A stretch of DNA of 64,000 nucleotides from Iphione sp. A-MEVVRFRX5 (lineage: Eukaryota), in NCBI GenBank assembly GCA_976226885.1, contig OZ320322.1, positions 16,120,001 to 16,184,000 on the forward strand, written 5' to 3'. Below are positions 1 to 14,085 of this stretch, in pieces (the first letter of the stretch is position 1; each line of letters starts with the position of its first letter). Made by a program: the position numbers and the translations under genes. The notes under the pieces were generated by a model. It saw only the letters and a program-made list of their open reading frames with translations, had not been told where the DNA came from and ran no database searches.

Positions 1-252
1 TCTCTGTTGCGACATGTCATGCATACTTTATGTTGTCAATACTGTCAATATGAAGTAAGTCACTAAAACAGTACTTTTAACATTTATTCTGTATTGCAGC
101 ATTTTGTGTATATTTTATCATGGCCATTCGAATTTAAATCCGTCGTTTAAATAGTGTTTTTCGATTTATCTTTGGAAGTGTTGGTCTCCATAGTTTCGGT
201 AATAATTTGATGAAGTTTTATTCTACTAAAGTCATTACCGGGGTCATTTCAG

Positions 253-3200
253 CACACGACATCAACTGTTACTCATGCCGTTACAGTCGAGGTCAAGATC
301 TAAAAGAGTGCTTGACAGACCCTTCCGAGGTGACCAGTGGGGACCACATCATACTTTGTGAAACCAACTGCACCACAATGGTCACATATGAGCATGGTAT
401 GTTCTCATGGTTTGAGAGAGGATGAAATTAAAGTCCAATCCAGTCAGAACTCGATTTCTGAATGTTTACTAAGAATAGTCGATTTCTGAATGTAATAATG
501 GTTAAATACATTAGTCTTTGATGAGCTGGCCACGGGTCAGAATATGAAAAGTATTAGGGGCTATTTCCATGTATGTAGGTTGTCCAGACTTGGGTTATAC
601 AACTTTACTATATTCTCCATGTGTGTGGGTTCTCCACACCTGCATGCGGGTCTGGACAGACCAGCATACCATGTAGCATGATTGCACCCTCCTCTGAATC
701 TGTGCAACTAATGTGGATGGAAGCAGAGGCCAAGGGTAGAATATGAAATGTAAATGGGTAAAGTATGAAATGTAGGGTATTTTTTTACAGATGAGCTTTA
801 TCACCTTCAGAGGGGGTGTGCAGAGAGTGAGGGAGGCTGTGTTGGCCCAGAAAATCAGAAAATTTGTACAGAACTGTGTGACCTTAACCTGTGCAACAAC
901 AAATCTTATTCGGATGACAATTCAGAGGGTAAGTCTTTATGCCCTTCTTTTCCTACCTGCAGCTGTTTTTAGGATTGTTCTGCATCTAACAAACAATACT
1001 CAACATAAGCAAAGGTCTTGGATACGGTAACCTATATATTGGACAAGGTATTAACATCCCTCAGACAACAGTACAGGGATATTGGTGCTCTATCAAACAC
1101 CAACTAATCACTCTCACTGAAGGTTTCAGGAACATTGCAATGCACATTAAACAACCTTAATTTCAGATTCTATTCCATTTTTGTTCAACGCATCTGTGGG
1201 AAAATCGCACTCATAGAGTTGTGCAGTGAGCCTCACTGCATTTTACATACACTGCAGTACAACTACTTTTGTTATGCAATAATATCTCAAGAAAAAAAGC
1301 CTGTTTTCAATATTTTGCATCAGACGTATTCATATTATTCAACTGTTCAGAAGGCAAGACCGTTTCCAAAATCGAGGGAAAAACTCAGGATCCAATGAAA
1401 AATGTTGTTGACCGGTAACTTAATGCTATAAAAGCTGAGTATGATAATATAGCCTATCAGAAATCTGAACTTTGAACTTAGAATCTTTAAATATATTTAA
1501 GCACCAATCACTTTAATACTTACAGACGATATCCTTATCGCGACTCCAGCCATCATCTGCAGATACTTATTACAGGATCATTACGGAAATTTTATCCTTC
1601 ATCTGTAAATACCTACATTAATATTCAAACCAAGATTCCGCCCATCACCTGTAGATACCTACAAAATTATTCTAACCAAGACATACCAATCAATCATAGA
1701 TACCTATGATAGTATCCTAACCAATATGTCACCTATCACCTTGAGATGCCTACAAAAATATCTTAACCAAACCTCGTTATCCAGAGACCTTCTGTTTCCT
1801 GAATTTTTTGTCTGCTTACCGAAAATCCAGATAACTTGAACATGAAATAACAGAAAAATCAGCTTCTGTTTCCTAAGAAATTGTCTGGATAATGGTGAAT
1901 TCCGGTTATTGAGTCTCCGGATGACGAGGTTCGATGACGATGTATTAATAGAAGGATTATTCAAAGTTAACATATATGTTTTCATCCAGTAGATTGCCAT
2001 TCTATATATCAAAAACTCAAATGGTTGATTGTTTTGATACGAACTTGTTCTTAATGGTAATTGCTTGGTTTTTTTTTCAGTATACAAATGCTTTTCGTGC
2101 AGCAGAGCCGATACGTCCTGTGACCAAGATGTAAACAAAGATAACACTGAATCCATTGACTGTCCGGAGCCTAAACTCTGCTTCATCAAGAGTCAGCAGA
2201 AATCTGGTAATGTTCTCTTCTCTATTCTAGCAGGGAAATCATGTGCTGTACATACAGTTACCTCCACCTAAACCGATCACCTAAGGGACTGAAAAAAGTG
2301 GTCACCTAAGGCAAATGGTCACCTAATCCATTGATTAGGTGCTCAAACCACAAAATGAAATTCATTCTCCCCCTCCCTCTACAAAGTTTATATGATTATT
2401 CCCTAGACAATTCCTTAAGTAGTTGAAAAAATAATGACTGAAATAAAGTTTTAAAAGTGTTGGATTTGATGGGCAAAAGTCAAAAAAGTTCTAAAAGTAC
2501 TCAATTTGATGGGTAAAAGTAAAAAGGTTCTCAGCGTGGAGACCCTCCTACAACATGGGCAACAGTCTTCTAAGCGCCTGCATACAGGCAACCATGAGTG
2601 GTCACCCCTGGCAACTACAAATGGGGGCATCCGTCGACTTTTCAGGCCAGAAAGACTCAAAAAACACATGCAACCTGGCAACTGGTCAGCCCAGGTATCC
2701 AGAAATCATAGTTTCGTTCTGAATAAGATGGGCTTATTGGCCGAATGGTCACCCTGAGTGAGTGGTGGCAGAGAGTATCATATAGAGAATGTACTGAAAT
2801 TCAGTATTTTCTGGGCAAATGTGGTCACCCTGGCCAAGTGGTCACCCCAGGCAGCTGGTTGCAGGGCAAGAGGCAACTGTATTCAGGTTATCTCGGGACT
2901 ATTTGAAATGTACCCAACGTCGTGGAAAGATTATGAATGACAAATGACATAGGAAAAACATTTATTTACATCTCAGAACGAAACACGTCGAGGTCTTCCT
3001 GTCAATTGGTGAAAAAACTGTAATGCAACAATGCTCTGAAAAGAATGCTTGTCAGTGAGGGTGACCGTTCTCCAAACACTAGTGATACAGTAAAATTCCA
3101 TACTACTAAAGCTAATTTAGTTATATTATCTTTTTTATTGGGCAATATGACGCCATGAAAGTCTCACCACAAACATGAAATTGCCTAAAGAAAATCCAGT

Positions 3201-3927
3201 TAACCATGGGCATAGTGTTTCTTGGACATCTCATCAGACAACTCAGTGTACTGACTCTGACTCCTAGTTTCGCATGCTTGTTTTACCACTTAACTGCATA
3301 AAAATCGACCACTTACCTGAATAGACATCTTCCATTTACCCCATAGATATCTATCTCTTACCTGAATAGACCTCTAACATTTACCTGTACAGACATGTAC
3401 CACTTACCAGCATAGACATCTACCACTTACCTGTATAGACATCTACCACTTACCTGCATAGACATTTATTTCTTACCTGCATAGACATTTATTACCTAGC
3501 TGTATAGACATCTACCATCTATCACTTACCTGTATAGACATCTATCATTTACCTGTTTAGACATCTCCCATCTTAACAAGAAATTTGTCAACAAAAAGTC
3601 AAGACTAGGAGTCCCTAAGCTGAATTAGTCTTCGTAGGCTCCTCATTTGGCCTAGGCATTAACATCTCTTTGATTTTAGATGGACAGCTGACAGATTTTG
3701 CGCGTGGTTGCGGGAACGACGTAGACATCAGTCGGTATCACGGGTCTACCCTGCCTTTCCTGGCCGTGGGAGAGAGGCGCACCCTCACGTTGTGCAAGGG
3801 CGACTTCTGCAATGATGACCCTGTCGTGCCGCCAGTCGGCGCCACCGCAGAGATCCGGGCAGCCTCGTTCTGCATTACTATGGGCTTCATCTGCGCAGTC
3901 ATGTACCAGTATATGGTCATCGCTTGA
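253..3927 (+). CDS. Two-domain Ly6/uPAR (three-finger, quiver/sleepless-like) GPI-anchored protein, 5'-partial; exons 253-396, 791-928, 2081-2206, 3680-3927
   Basis: All introns are GT..AG and phase 1, and the joined frame is open: HDINCYSC..ECL..LCETNC..RGC..GC..IC..LC..LCN then VYKCFSC..SC..DC..LC..RGC..LC..FCN, followed by a hydrophobic C-terminal tail (AASFCITMGFICAVMYQYMVIA*) typical of a GPI signal. The signal-peptide exon would lie upstream of the window. AATAAA at 4547. Confidence 0.88.
2255..2879. mobile_element. Non-autonomous Tc1/mariner-type MITE in intron 3 of the Ly6 gene
   Basis: TA flanks (2253-54, 2880-81), termini CAGTTACCTC / GAGGCAACTG, and many internal GGTCACC repeats in both orientations. 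Confidence 0.55.
3305..3570. repeat. Degenerate minisatellite, ~23-bp unit (acttacctgtatagacatctacc)
   Basis: About ten imperfect tandem copies are visible. Related looser repeats occur at ~1520-1710. Confidence 0.8.
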
Positions 3928-5536
3928 TTAGACCTTGGTGGAGCCTGCTTGACCGATCAGTGAACATGAACAAAAAGACATTTTTAAAGAATCTGCCACA
4001 CGAGTATAAATCGTATTAAAGAAGACTGTTGCAAAAAAAGAGACATGTCAAATCCTGAATACTTAGTATCTGAAAATGTTTAATCTCTAAATTCATTTTG
4101 GTGAATACTTTCCCTTTTAGTCACAGGAATTAAAATCTAAATCGAAATGAGCTCGATTTTTCTGACAATATTTCCTGTTACCATCACCATTTGAACATTG
4201 ATTTCAGACCGTACAAAGTAAAACCTTGGCAAGCCGCCGATCTGAACAACCCCCAAACATACAAGAAACACAGTCAGGCCTTTCAAAGTTATGTTTATAA
4301 AGTAACCACTCCCACTTTCCTCATAATTCCAACAAAGTTGACTTGGTACAGAGAGATACCATTCAACCTAAAAATCACTTTAGTAGGAGATAAAGATTGG
4401 AACCAATCAAGGATGGAATGATGAAGGAGTTGCTTTTAATCAAGTTAGATCATATCTACTTAGATTTTTTAAAAATTATAAGAAAAATTATTGTTTAACT
4501 AGCATTGCTACACTATTCACACTGTCATTGGACCATCTGTTCACACAATAAAGCCTCACTAAATAAACATACTGTTAGCCTCCGCCATGATAATAAAGAA
4601 TCCAGACCAAGTTGACTTTGAGTTGTTGACCTTATATCAAGAAGGCTAACAGGCAACTGAATTCAACTCCGTGAAAATCTGTTTTAAAATTATACAAAAA
4701 TGAAAAACCCTCTGCCCCTCCGGCCCTCTGCGTCTCCACCACTCTGCCCCATCTAAGTCCTCCGCTCCCCCCTCCACTACAATACAAAAGCTGTATTTCC
4801 CAATCTTGGTAGGGCTGGGTGAGGGTTCACACCCAGGTCCTAAGCTTGCGTGGTCTCTCCATGCATAGCCTATGTACGACCAGTGGTACTGTCCACTGTG
4901 CCACAAAAATTGAACAAAGATTAGACCATTTTATCAATGTGGGGTGAGACCCCACATGTAATAAAACATCTTTTCTCTTTAATTAAGGTGGAGGGGACAA
5001 CCCTCAACCCCCTTCTTTCCTGTTTTTTTTTCATAAATTATACACATCTTTAGCATTACCTTCAGAAATAGTGCCACCTTTTCAGAAATTTCACACATCT
5101 CTGACCCAATGTCCCAGTGAAACCTACAATTTCTCATCAGTTAAATTTATCTTTATAATTACCTCCAGAAATCTTTGCCAGTTTTTCATGAATTAAATGC
5201 AAGCCTCAAGAAAAACGTCTTTTTTTCCTTTTATTAATTTGGATGGGGGGGGGACTCCCCATACAGCCCCCTTTATACCGCATGTTACTTGCATTATGCG
5301 TTCTTATTATGAAAGTGATATTGTGTATACTCAGTATAGCCCGAAATACTGAGGGAATCATACAGAATACATTCATTGGCTATCAGCAATCCACCCTACT
5401 CCCCATACGTGGCCCCAGCCTGTCTAATTGGTTGAGCAAATGTTCCTTAGGCACGGTTTCCATATGTGTGGTTTTTTTCTAGATTCCGTGCTCATGCAGA
5501 AAATGGGCCGATTTTCCAGACGAGCACAGATGAGCA

Positions 5537-5960
5537 CAGAGCCCCTGTTTCCATGTATATGGGCAGGGAAGGAGGAAGGGAAGGGGAGAGAGAGGGAGAG
5601 AAGGTAGAGAGAGGGAAGGAGAGATAGAGTGTGTCTTTTGTTAAAACTGTGTGTCTTTTGTGCCGATTGGAAAGAATTATGACCAATTCTATTAAAACTG
5701 TGTATCTTTTGTGCCAATCAGAAAGACTTATCCCCAATTCAGTTTTATGCAAATGATATGCAAATTAGGCAAACATATGAGCTAACATATGAACAGTGTC
5801 TGTACACATGGAAAGTCGGCCTAAAACCCCCATGTCTCTATTGTACTGACCAGTGGATGTCCATGGTCTGAAAAAAATTAACATGGTCCGTTTTCCATCT
5901 CCAGACCCCTCTGGGCAAGGAGCTCAGAGCCAGGAGCCCATACACATGGAAATAGCCCTG
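5537..5960. mobile_element. Possible MITE remnant with imperfect inverted ends
   Basis: TTTCCATGTATATGGGC on the left and GCCCATACACATGGAAATAGCCCTG on the right. The same terminus motif (GGGCTATTTCCATGTATG) recurs near 558. No TSD established. Confidence 0.3.
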
Positions 5961-8900
5961 GTGGTAGTCATTATATCATTTGTTCCTGTACCACAGAGCC
6001 CCTGGTGTGGAAGACATTTTAGGTATACATAAAAACCACGCTGTAGTGTGATTAAATCATGAGCTGTTCATCGAAATAATTTATTCATGCGAATAAACTA
6101 ATCCTGCACCTACCCACAAGAACTTTAAAGAGGCGTCTAAACAAATTTAGACTACATTCATTGGGTTAACGAACCAGTCATGCTGAATTCATGGGGGTGA
6201 ATAACAATTCGTACTGAATATAGCAGGTTCGTGTAACATCTCCCGTTACACTCATCAGGTAAATAACAACCCGTAGAAAATCAAAGCTGGCATTTGGCAG
6301 GTTGTTTCCCCTCCCCTCCACTCTCTGTTGTACAAACCTTCTATTCCCCCAGCCTCTCTCGATCCTCCATCAATAGGGAGCCGTCCACATCAGCTATGGT
6401 ATTCCATTGCTCTCCTGACCTCTCGTGACCTTCCGGGGTTCCTCGTCAACTCTGACGTAGGACTCTGCGTTTCCCTCCGAAAGAACGTTGTTGTCTCTTT
6501 CATGTCGTCAGATGGCAGTAAGGTCTTTCTAGTTCTAATCTTCGCCGAAAGGGGCCTACGGAAGAGATTTATATCCCTGGTAGTTGAGGGATTGTGCTAG
6601 AAGACTTATCAATATTACTGAGGATAGAGAGATAAAGGCTGGAAAAAATATTTCAGTGTCTGGTAACAATGTGGAAAAATATATGGTCAATAGGTGGGTG
6701 GTATATATATAGTTTTTTTCAATGTCAAATTATGCTGTATATGACAGTATCACTTCTGTTGCTTAGATTAAACTGATAACATGAAAGCTACTGGTGTACA
6801 TAAAATGGTATAAATCTATAACCAAATTAATTGCCAAGGTATCAAAAATCAAAGCTAAAATAAAATCTTCCATTAGCACCAAAATCAGGGTCTGCCGGGA
6901 TTCTGGAAACACAGTTCTTTTAAAAATAGGTTTGATGAGAGAAAATGAGAGGAAGAGTGGGGATAGGTGGACAGCGGTAGGGACAGAGTTAGGGACAGAT
7001 ATTGGATGTGTCAACAAAGAGGTGAATTATTAAGTAAAATACGTGTTATTGAGGAACAAAAACCCCACTACCAATGTGCGAAGCAACTGTATAAATGATG
7101 AACACCCACAGTATTCCTTAAGAAAATTAGATGGCAACTTTTATTATGACAGAATAGCAGGAATTTTCAGACAAAATACGTTGCAAGTATTGTTGGGCTC
7201 ATTTGTGTTTGACTCTGTCTTTTATACTTGGCACACCGAGTGCATTATCCTGGCATAAGCTGTAATTGCTCTGAAAAAAATTTCTCTAAATGAATTGATT
7301 TTTTAACTCATTGTTTGCCTTCCATTATTTTGTCTTTTTCCAACCATGTAAAATGGTGTTTTCATGATTTTGCTAAACATAATTTGGGTTTATTTCATCT
7401 TTTTCAAATGTTTATTCGTTCATTAGCTGTACCTAGTTGCAGAGGGCTAAGCGAGTAGGGTCATCAGGGAAATGAAGGTGCAGCTTGAACTTAGGATAGG
7501 GACACAGCCACCTCAGGGTAGGTACAAGGCAGTAAGGGGAACCCAGGTTGTGAGCATGCACGTACTGTCAGTCTGTAGTGTGAAGGAAAGGCTGATTGGT
7601 ATGGAAGGTATTGCAAGATAGGATCAGACAAAAAGCACAGGGGGTCAGTCCCTAAAACTAGAGGTGGATGTATACCAACTCCCTCACGTGTAGTTGCATG
7701 ATAAGTAGAGACATGTGTCCACGTGTAACGACCTACCCTGACGGAACTTTGCATTGAGTGTGTATACGGGGGAGTGGATTAAGTCAGAGTGCAGAAAGAA
7801 CTGCCATAGTGAAGGAACATGAGAGTGTACTGGACAGATTGTGTGATGTAGCCAGTCCATCATCAAATCCAGGAGCCTAACCGTTGCATATTATAACACT
7901 ATAACTCTGTTGAATTGTGAAATGTCTGTGCTGGTGTAGTGTGCAACTTAGCTGAGTACATTTTGAACAGGCGACTGCGATTGTTTAATATAACACCAAA
8001 TTTATTAGGCAGTGTTAACTTGTATGTATAGCAGTAAGTGTAGGCATAAGACAAAGTTGTCTGCATACAGACTAAAGTGTGATCAAAATCCATTGTAGGA
8101 TATGATGTATCTGTGATTACCACTCCAATCATCTAACTAACACTATCGCTGTGATACTTTAAATAATTGGTGCCCATTCAACATAACACCTGTGATGTAT
8201 ATGTGATGCTCTTTTTTCTATTATTGTGTAGACATACAGAGAGACAATGAGAAATGTCTAGACCGTAGTATGCTTGACTGTTTACTGTATTTACCTTGAA
8301 CTTTTTTGTCATCCGATTCGGACGAAGACCTTTCGAACATTGTTCAAAAACTCCGAATAAAGATATTTGACATTTGAAATTAGACATTGCTCCTTGCAGT
8401 TGAACTTTAACTTGAAAAGCTCATACAGGTATAACAAAGCGGATGCGTTCTATGATAATTACGACCTCAGTGTGGGAAGCTGCATTATCAGAGGTACACC
8501 TTTCTATCTTGAATTTTCATGATCTGTAACTTGATTTTCTTAAAAAGAACATATGATCTGAAGGAACAGCATTGATAAATACATGCTTTCATTTTATTCA
8601 AATCTTTCATGTTTCTTTTTAGAAAATGGCCTCAGGCCACAACTTCCATAAGAATCATCAGGGATAAGGATATTTCCATTGATGTTATATGTTCCATTTC
8701 AATCTGGATATCTGACCTCAAAGGTACATTTTAATATCATCATAAAAAATATCACATAAGGGTAATGCATCTGAAGCGTTTACATATACCTTTAATTCGA
8801 AGATGGAAACTGCAACCCTTATCAACCTCATTCCTACCAAGAAGACAGGGGTAAGCCTCACCAACCACAAGATGCAACAGAGATGGGCAAGGGACTCTGT

Positions 8901-11900
8901 TTCCCTTTCGGAATTAAAATACACGCTTTAGATTCTGTCTAACCTGACTTTGGAATAACTTGAGAAATTACATAGATGTTTCTCTATTTCATGTGTTGAG
9001 ACTTTCATATTCTCGGAGATCACTTTATAGATAAACGTAGGAAGATTCATAGAATAAGTCTCTTTTTCATCTGGAACCTGATATGTGTGTTGACCTTCAT
9101 AATTTGCAACAAATTGACTGGTATGGATTCGTTATTTTGACGGATAGATTTATTGTCCAGGTACCTCTTCATCTGGTATGCTACCAAAGGTTAGGCATTG
9201 CTATGACAGAAAAAAAGACATCCCTGATTGTTACAGACCTCACAATGTCAGGTCCTCCATACAGAGCATTAGATTGTGATAGATGGGGCATCATGTTACT
9301 TCTGGCATGGGATACTCCAGTGAGATGGAATTGGTGCTTTGGGGTCTGGTATTCCAGTATGTCCTCTGGCACTCTGGATTCTGGGTACAGTTCCCAGAGC
9401 ATCCTACATAGTTGTGATTGCAAAACACAGTATTGCAAAAGTCCTTAGGGCACTGACTGTATATACAGAGGATCAGACAGTCGAGTAAATAACCACCCGT
9501 ACATCCTGACTTTGTGTACTTGGAGGGAACCGAGTGTTTTGTGGACATTCTTTATTCATATGAATAAGATGAACCATTGACATATTCTCTACTAGACTAA
9601 CGTTACAACATCATCTGGTTAATGAGTTTGTTCTCAAAGACAGCCTACCATAAACCTTGTAGCATTCTCGTATATAGTAGGAACACACCTTGTAGACAAT
9701 TTGACGCAGAATTATGGCCACAGTTCTCTTTTCCAATTAGCATATTTTCTTCAATATAGCCATCTCAGGTAACAGGGCAACTAGTAGTTTCCTGCAAAAT
9801 ACCGGTTCTCATTGGTTGTATTTTGACATATTCTGTGTAGGATCACAACACAACAGTAAGAGTCATTCATGATGCATGGTCATGCTGTTTCTACCCCAGC
9901 TGCAAATAGTGTCATTGGAGGAATTAGCAAAGGTATACACTGTAACTGGTATCTAAACTGTTGTGGCATCAGTTCATCCTGAGCTACTCATGTCTAGGGA
10001 AATTGAAGGCTCTAGCTCCATGACCCGGGAGCAGGTATGCACGTATGGTGCAAACACAAGCCAGTAGAAAGTATTTCTAGATCAGCTCCACTATCATGGA
10101 GAGAATGTCACAGAAAGTTTTAGAATCTCAAGGAAGATTCTACAAGGATTTGGTTAAATTAAGTATATTCCGTCTGGCCTAATGACATCAACCTGCTCAT
10201 CTTTAGATTTTCACGTGGTTATATATAGCTGTGTTTTGACTTGAGGAGCATTAGTCTAGCATGAGTTTGTCTCTGCCAGATCTGAAGTTCTTTAAGCAAG
10301 TTTGTCAGCAATGCTTTCAGTGCAAAATATAAATGACACTGATAAGAACATACGTGTAGATAACTTTGTTATACGGAGTGGTTCTAGCCAAAACTATGAT
10401 GATGATGTAGGCTACGGAAGGTAGTCACTTTAGTGGTAATCCAGTAGATTCAGAGCTGCTTCAATCCACTATAACCTTTTCAAATTCTGCATATCCTGGT
10501 TAAGGTTTTATACTGTAAATGATGTTGGGATTTGTGTACTGCTAGGCTTCATTTACAAGTACACAGGGTTTTTAGGACTGTGGCACTGTATTTTCCTAAT
10601 GATTACGAGAGAGTTAAGGTATGCACAGACATAATTACATGCATGTGTGTTGCTCGAAGTGTGTAGCATCTGCATTTGTAGAGTGTTTTAAAATTCAGAA
10701 GCGTCCTAACCTGCCATATTATCGCAGCCATGATGGCATGTTTTGTTTACAACTACATGTATGCTTATCTAATGAGGTGATACCTGATGAACATGCTACA
10801 CATGGACACACAGGTATGCTGATGAGGCAATACTTTTCACAGTACTTCATGATGCTGAAACATGCTAGACACTAAATGTGTTTAATCGATTGATTGTCTT
10901 TATTCTCCATATCTCTATAGATGTACAGAGTTTTCCTTGGCACATGCTAGTATCTCATACCGTTTGCAAAATAACTTTCTCATAAGTACCGACGGTCATA
11001 TCACATTTTGCATTGGTCGTGCAGGTTGACAATAAAGGAATTTCAAAGGTGCATAGTGTGATTGTGTACACTTCACTTAGGCAATATCACATAATGCTTT
11101 GTTCATGATGCACGATTGAAAGAAAAAAAAACGATAACACAATGGAGACATTTGTACAGGGATAAATACAGAAATTGCTATGTTCATGGAATTTCACGAT
11201 GCTGAGACATGCTAGACACTACATGACTTGTGTTCATGGAAATACAGTCTGAAGATGGAATCAGTCAGGACCTGATTTCCCAACAGCCGATATCCGAAAA
11301 TACAGGATATCAAAATGATTTTTTTTTTATGGAAATGTGAAATTTCCTATAAACAAAGGACCCAATATCAGAGTTTATTCAATTTCCGAATATCAAAACA
11401 TCTTTCTGTATATATCTGGGAGACTGTTCTAGTGGCCATTACCTATTCCTGTGTTACTGTAAAGATACGATGTGTTTGTTTTGTCTGAAGCCTGTTATAT
11501 GCTGACAGAAATTGAGGATTACTATATTTTATATGTTGGCCTGGTCGAGAGCATGTCGAAAGTTTGTCTATTTTATGAATAAAGAGTGTCCAAACACAAA
11601 AAATATCTGGCTCACTCCAAGTGCACAATGTTAACATAAGATCCTGCTTGAATGCAGTCAATGCCCTAGTGTCTTTCATAATGAAGACATGATATTTCAC
11701 AATCATTTCGCAATCGAGTATTCTAAAAGGGTGATCCAGGCAACTCCAGAAGCAAGACACTGGAGTGCTAGAGCATATGCTGGAGCACTGCATCAAGGAA
11801 TACTGGATTGACCTAGATACTGGACAGGGCACAACACTCTATTTATTACAGTATTCTTAATAAGTAAACTAAACAAGTTTTGCTGAGCCAGGCATGAAAC

Positions 11901-12193
11901 ATGCTGACTTGACAATTTCAATGAACATTCTCATTTTGTGTATGAGGGCCATTCTAAGAAGAGAGGTCTGCTGTTGATGAATTACGTCGAAATATGAAAT
12001 GACCATAAATGGGTACCTTGTAATCAAATTCTCCATATCAAGCAGCGACAGCATTTTCCCTGAAAATATGTATGCACACAATATTGCAACTAGAGGTACG
12101 TTCGGTTAAAAAATATGGACTTCTATGTAAATACATGTATGTACGCACCAAAATGAGAGAAAATGAAAGCCATTAAGAACATGTGATGGAGAC

Positions 12194-12194
<1 letters not shown>

Positions 12195-12236
<42 letters not shown>

Positions 12237-12640
12237 GAGACAGAGAGAGAATACAGACAAGGAAGAAATAGGGGGAAAAGAGAGAGAGGGAGACACAGAA
12301 GGCAAGGGAGAGCGAGGAGGAAGGGAGAGTGAGAGAGGGAAACAGAAACAGAGAGGGAAATATAGATGAGCCAAACAACGAGAAGACTGAGTAAAACACA
12401 CAGAGAGATAAAAATGAAAGGTGGGAGAGAGAGGGAGAGAGACAGTAACAGAGAGGGAGAGGCAGAGAGAGGACAGAAATGGGGAGAGAAAGATGAAGAC
12501 AGGCACAGGCAGAGGCAGGGAAAAAGAGAAGGAGAAAGGCAGAGAGAGACAGAGACAGAGACAGAGGCGGAGAGAGGGGGAAAGAGAGGAAGAAAAAGGG
12601 AGACAGAAACAGAGGGAGGCAGAAAGAGGAGGAAAGAAGG
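12195..12640. repeat. (GA)n and purine-rich low-complexity tract
   Basis: Direct reading; it generates spurious SL/ER-rich ORFs. Confidence 0.95.
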
Positions 12641-13434
12641 CAAAATTACGTGGCATGAGACACGTGACCTGGCGTAAATTCTGCGTGAGCGATTGAGAAG
12701 CCTGTAGTTTGACCGAGATTTCGGTATATGGCGTGTCCAAATCAACAGGAAGAATGGACAATAGCGCGGGGAGCATACAACCTCCTGTTGCGTGGGTAGC
12801 TCCACCTACGCCTCGTATACCAAATAACCAAGCTAATTTTCCTCCGCAGCTTAATTTTCCCCGAAAAGTACTTTTTTAATTCACCGGTCAGCTGACCAAA
12901 AAAAGCACGGTGGACGGTGGATTTTAGCTGGCCATTCAAAGTAACAATGCTTGCTTTTATGAGCCTCAGCAGAATGAGACGGGAAAGTTTTGTAGAAACA
13001 AGTCAAATATTCGTTATCATTAATCCTTACTTCAGCAAACTTTGAGATAGATATTTTTTTCAATAGACAAGTCATGTCAGGTTTGCCTGCAGGTATCCAT
13101 TTACATTAACCTAGCAAACTTTAAGTCACTTCCCAAAGAATGCCGCGACAAATAAAATTTCCTTGAGTTTATGATAAAAACATTTCAGATAAACTTCAGC
13201 TTTTACCTTTTGTAGGAAATTATACCGTGGCAGAACCTCGGTATCTGTCGCCCCAGAAAAAAGGATAATCTCTTCAATCGGGACAGATTTTGTTCGAACT
13301 ACTTCGATTATCGATTGTAAACTTACCTTTCAGAACTGGGGGCACCCACTAAACGGGGACACCTTCGCTGGGAACCATGGGTGTTTCCAGCTCTGAAGTT
13401 TTACGGTAAATCCCAATGGTTCGATCCATCCCCC

Positions 13435-13770
13435 CATCAGCCAGTTGCCATGAAGTGGAAATATTCTAACAGTTAATCTGCGAGATGAATTATATTGAGA
13501 CGTATATCTATGGTGAGAATGAAAAGAAAAGGCTTGAAAATATACGATAATTGTGAAGTTAAAATGGACAGAGGCAAAAATCAAAATCTTTTGATATAAA
13601 AATGCATCTCCAGGGTTTGATCTTACATCCCGTCAGATAGTTGCCATGAGGTGAAAATATTCCAATAGTTAATCTGCAAGATGAATTATATTAATGTGTA
13701 TCCATGGTGAAAAAAAACGAAATTACCTTTAAATAGACGTTAATTGTAGTTTAAAATAGACACAAGTGAA
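13435..13770. repeat. Diverged tandem duplication, ~195-bp unit
   Basis: agttgccatga..aatatt..agttaatctgc.agatgaattatatt occurs at ~13441 and ~13638. Confidence 0.7.
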
Positions 13771-13864
13771 AATGACTATTTATTGATATCAACGTTCGTG
13801 TTTAGTATCAATGAGCCAGTGGCATTCATTAGATTTTTTCATGTTGGCACAGTTGAGATGCAAG

Positions 13865-14085
13865 GACAGGAGAGAGAGAGAGGGGGGAAGAGAGAGGGGG
13901 GGAGAGAGAAGACAGAGGAAAAGGAAGGGGAACAGAGAGAGAAGGGAAAGACAGGTGGAGAAAGAAAGGGAGAGGGTTCGATGGAGAGAGGGACAGAGAG
14001 AGGAGAGATAGATGGATAAAGAGACGGACAGGCAGAGGGACAGAGGAAGAGAGAGAGGAAGTGGACAGAGAGGGATAGAACCAGG
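13865..14085. repeat. GA-rich low-complexity tract
   Basis: Direct reading. Confidence 0.9.

Noticed and set aside
6300-10500. Endogenous RNA-virus L gene (RPDGIYL..FLEI resembles a PD-(D/E)xK endonuclease; FPDDPT resembles a rhabdoviral FPDP motif) or a Mab-21/cGAS relic
   Set aside because: No RdRp motifs A-E or Mab-21 motif series could be found in order, and all frames are full of stops; the matches are too short to support a call.
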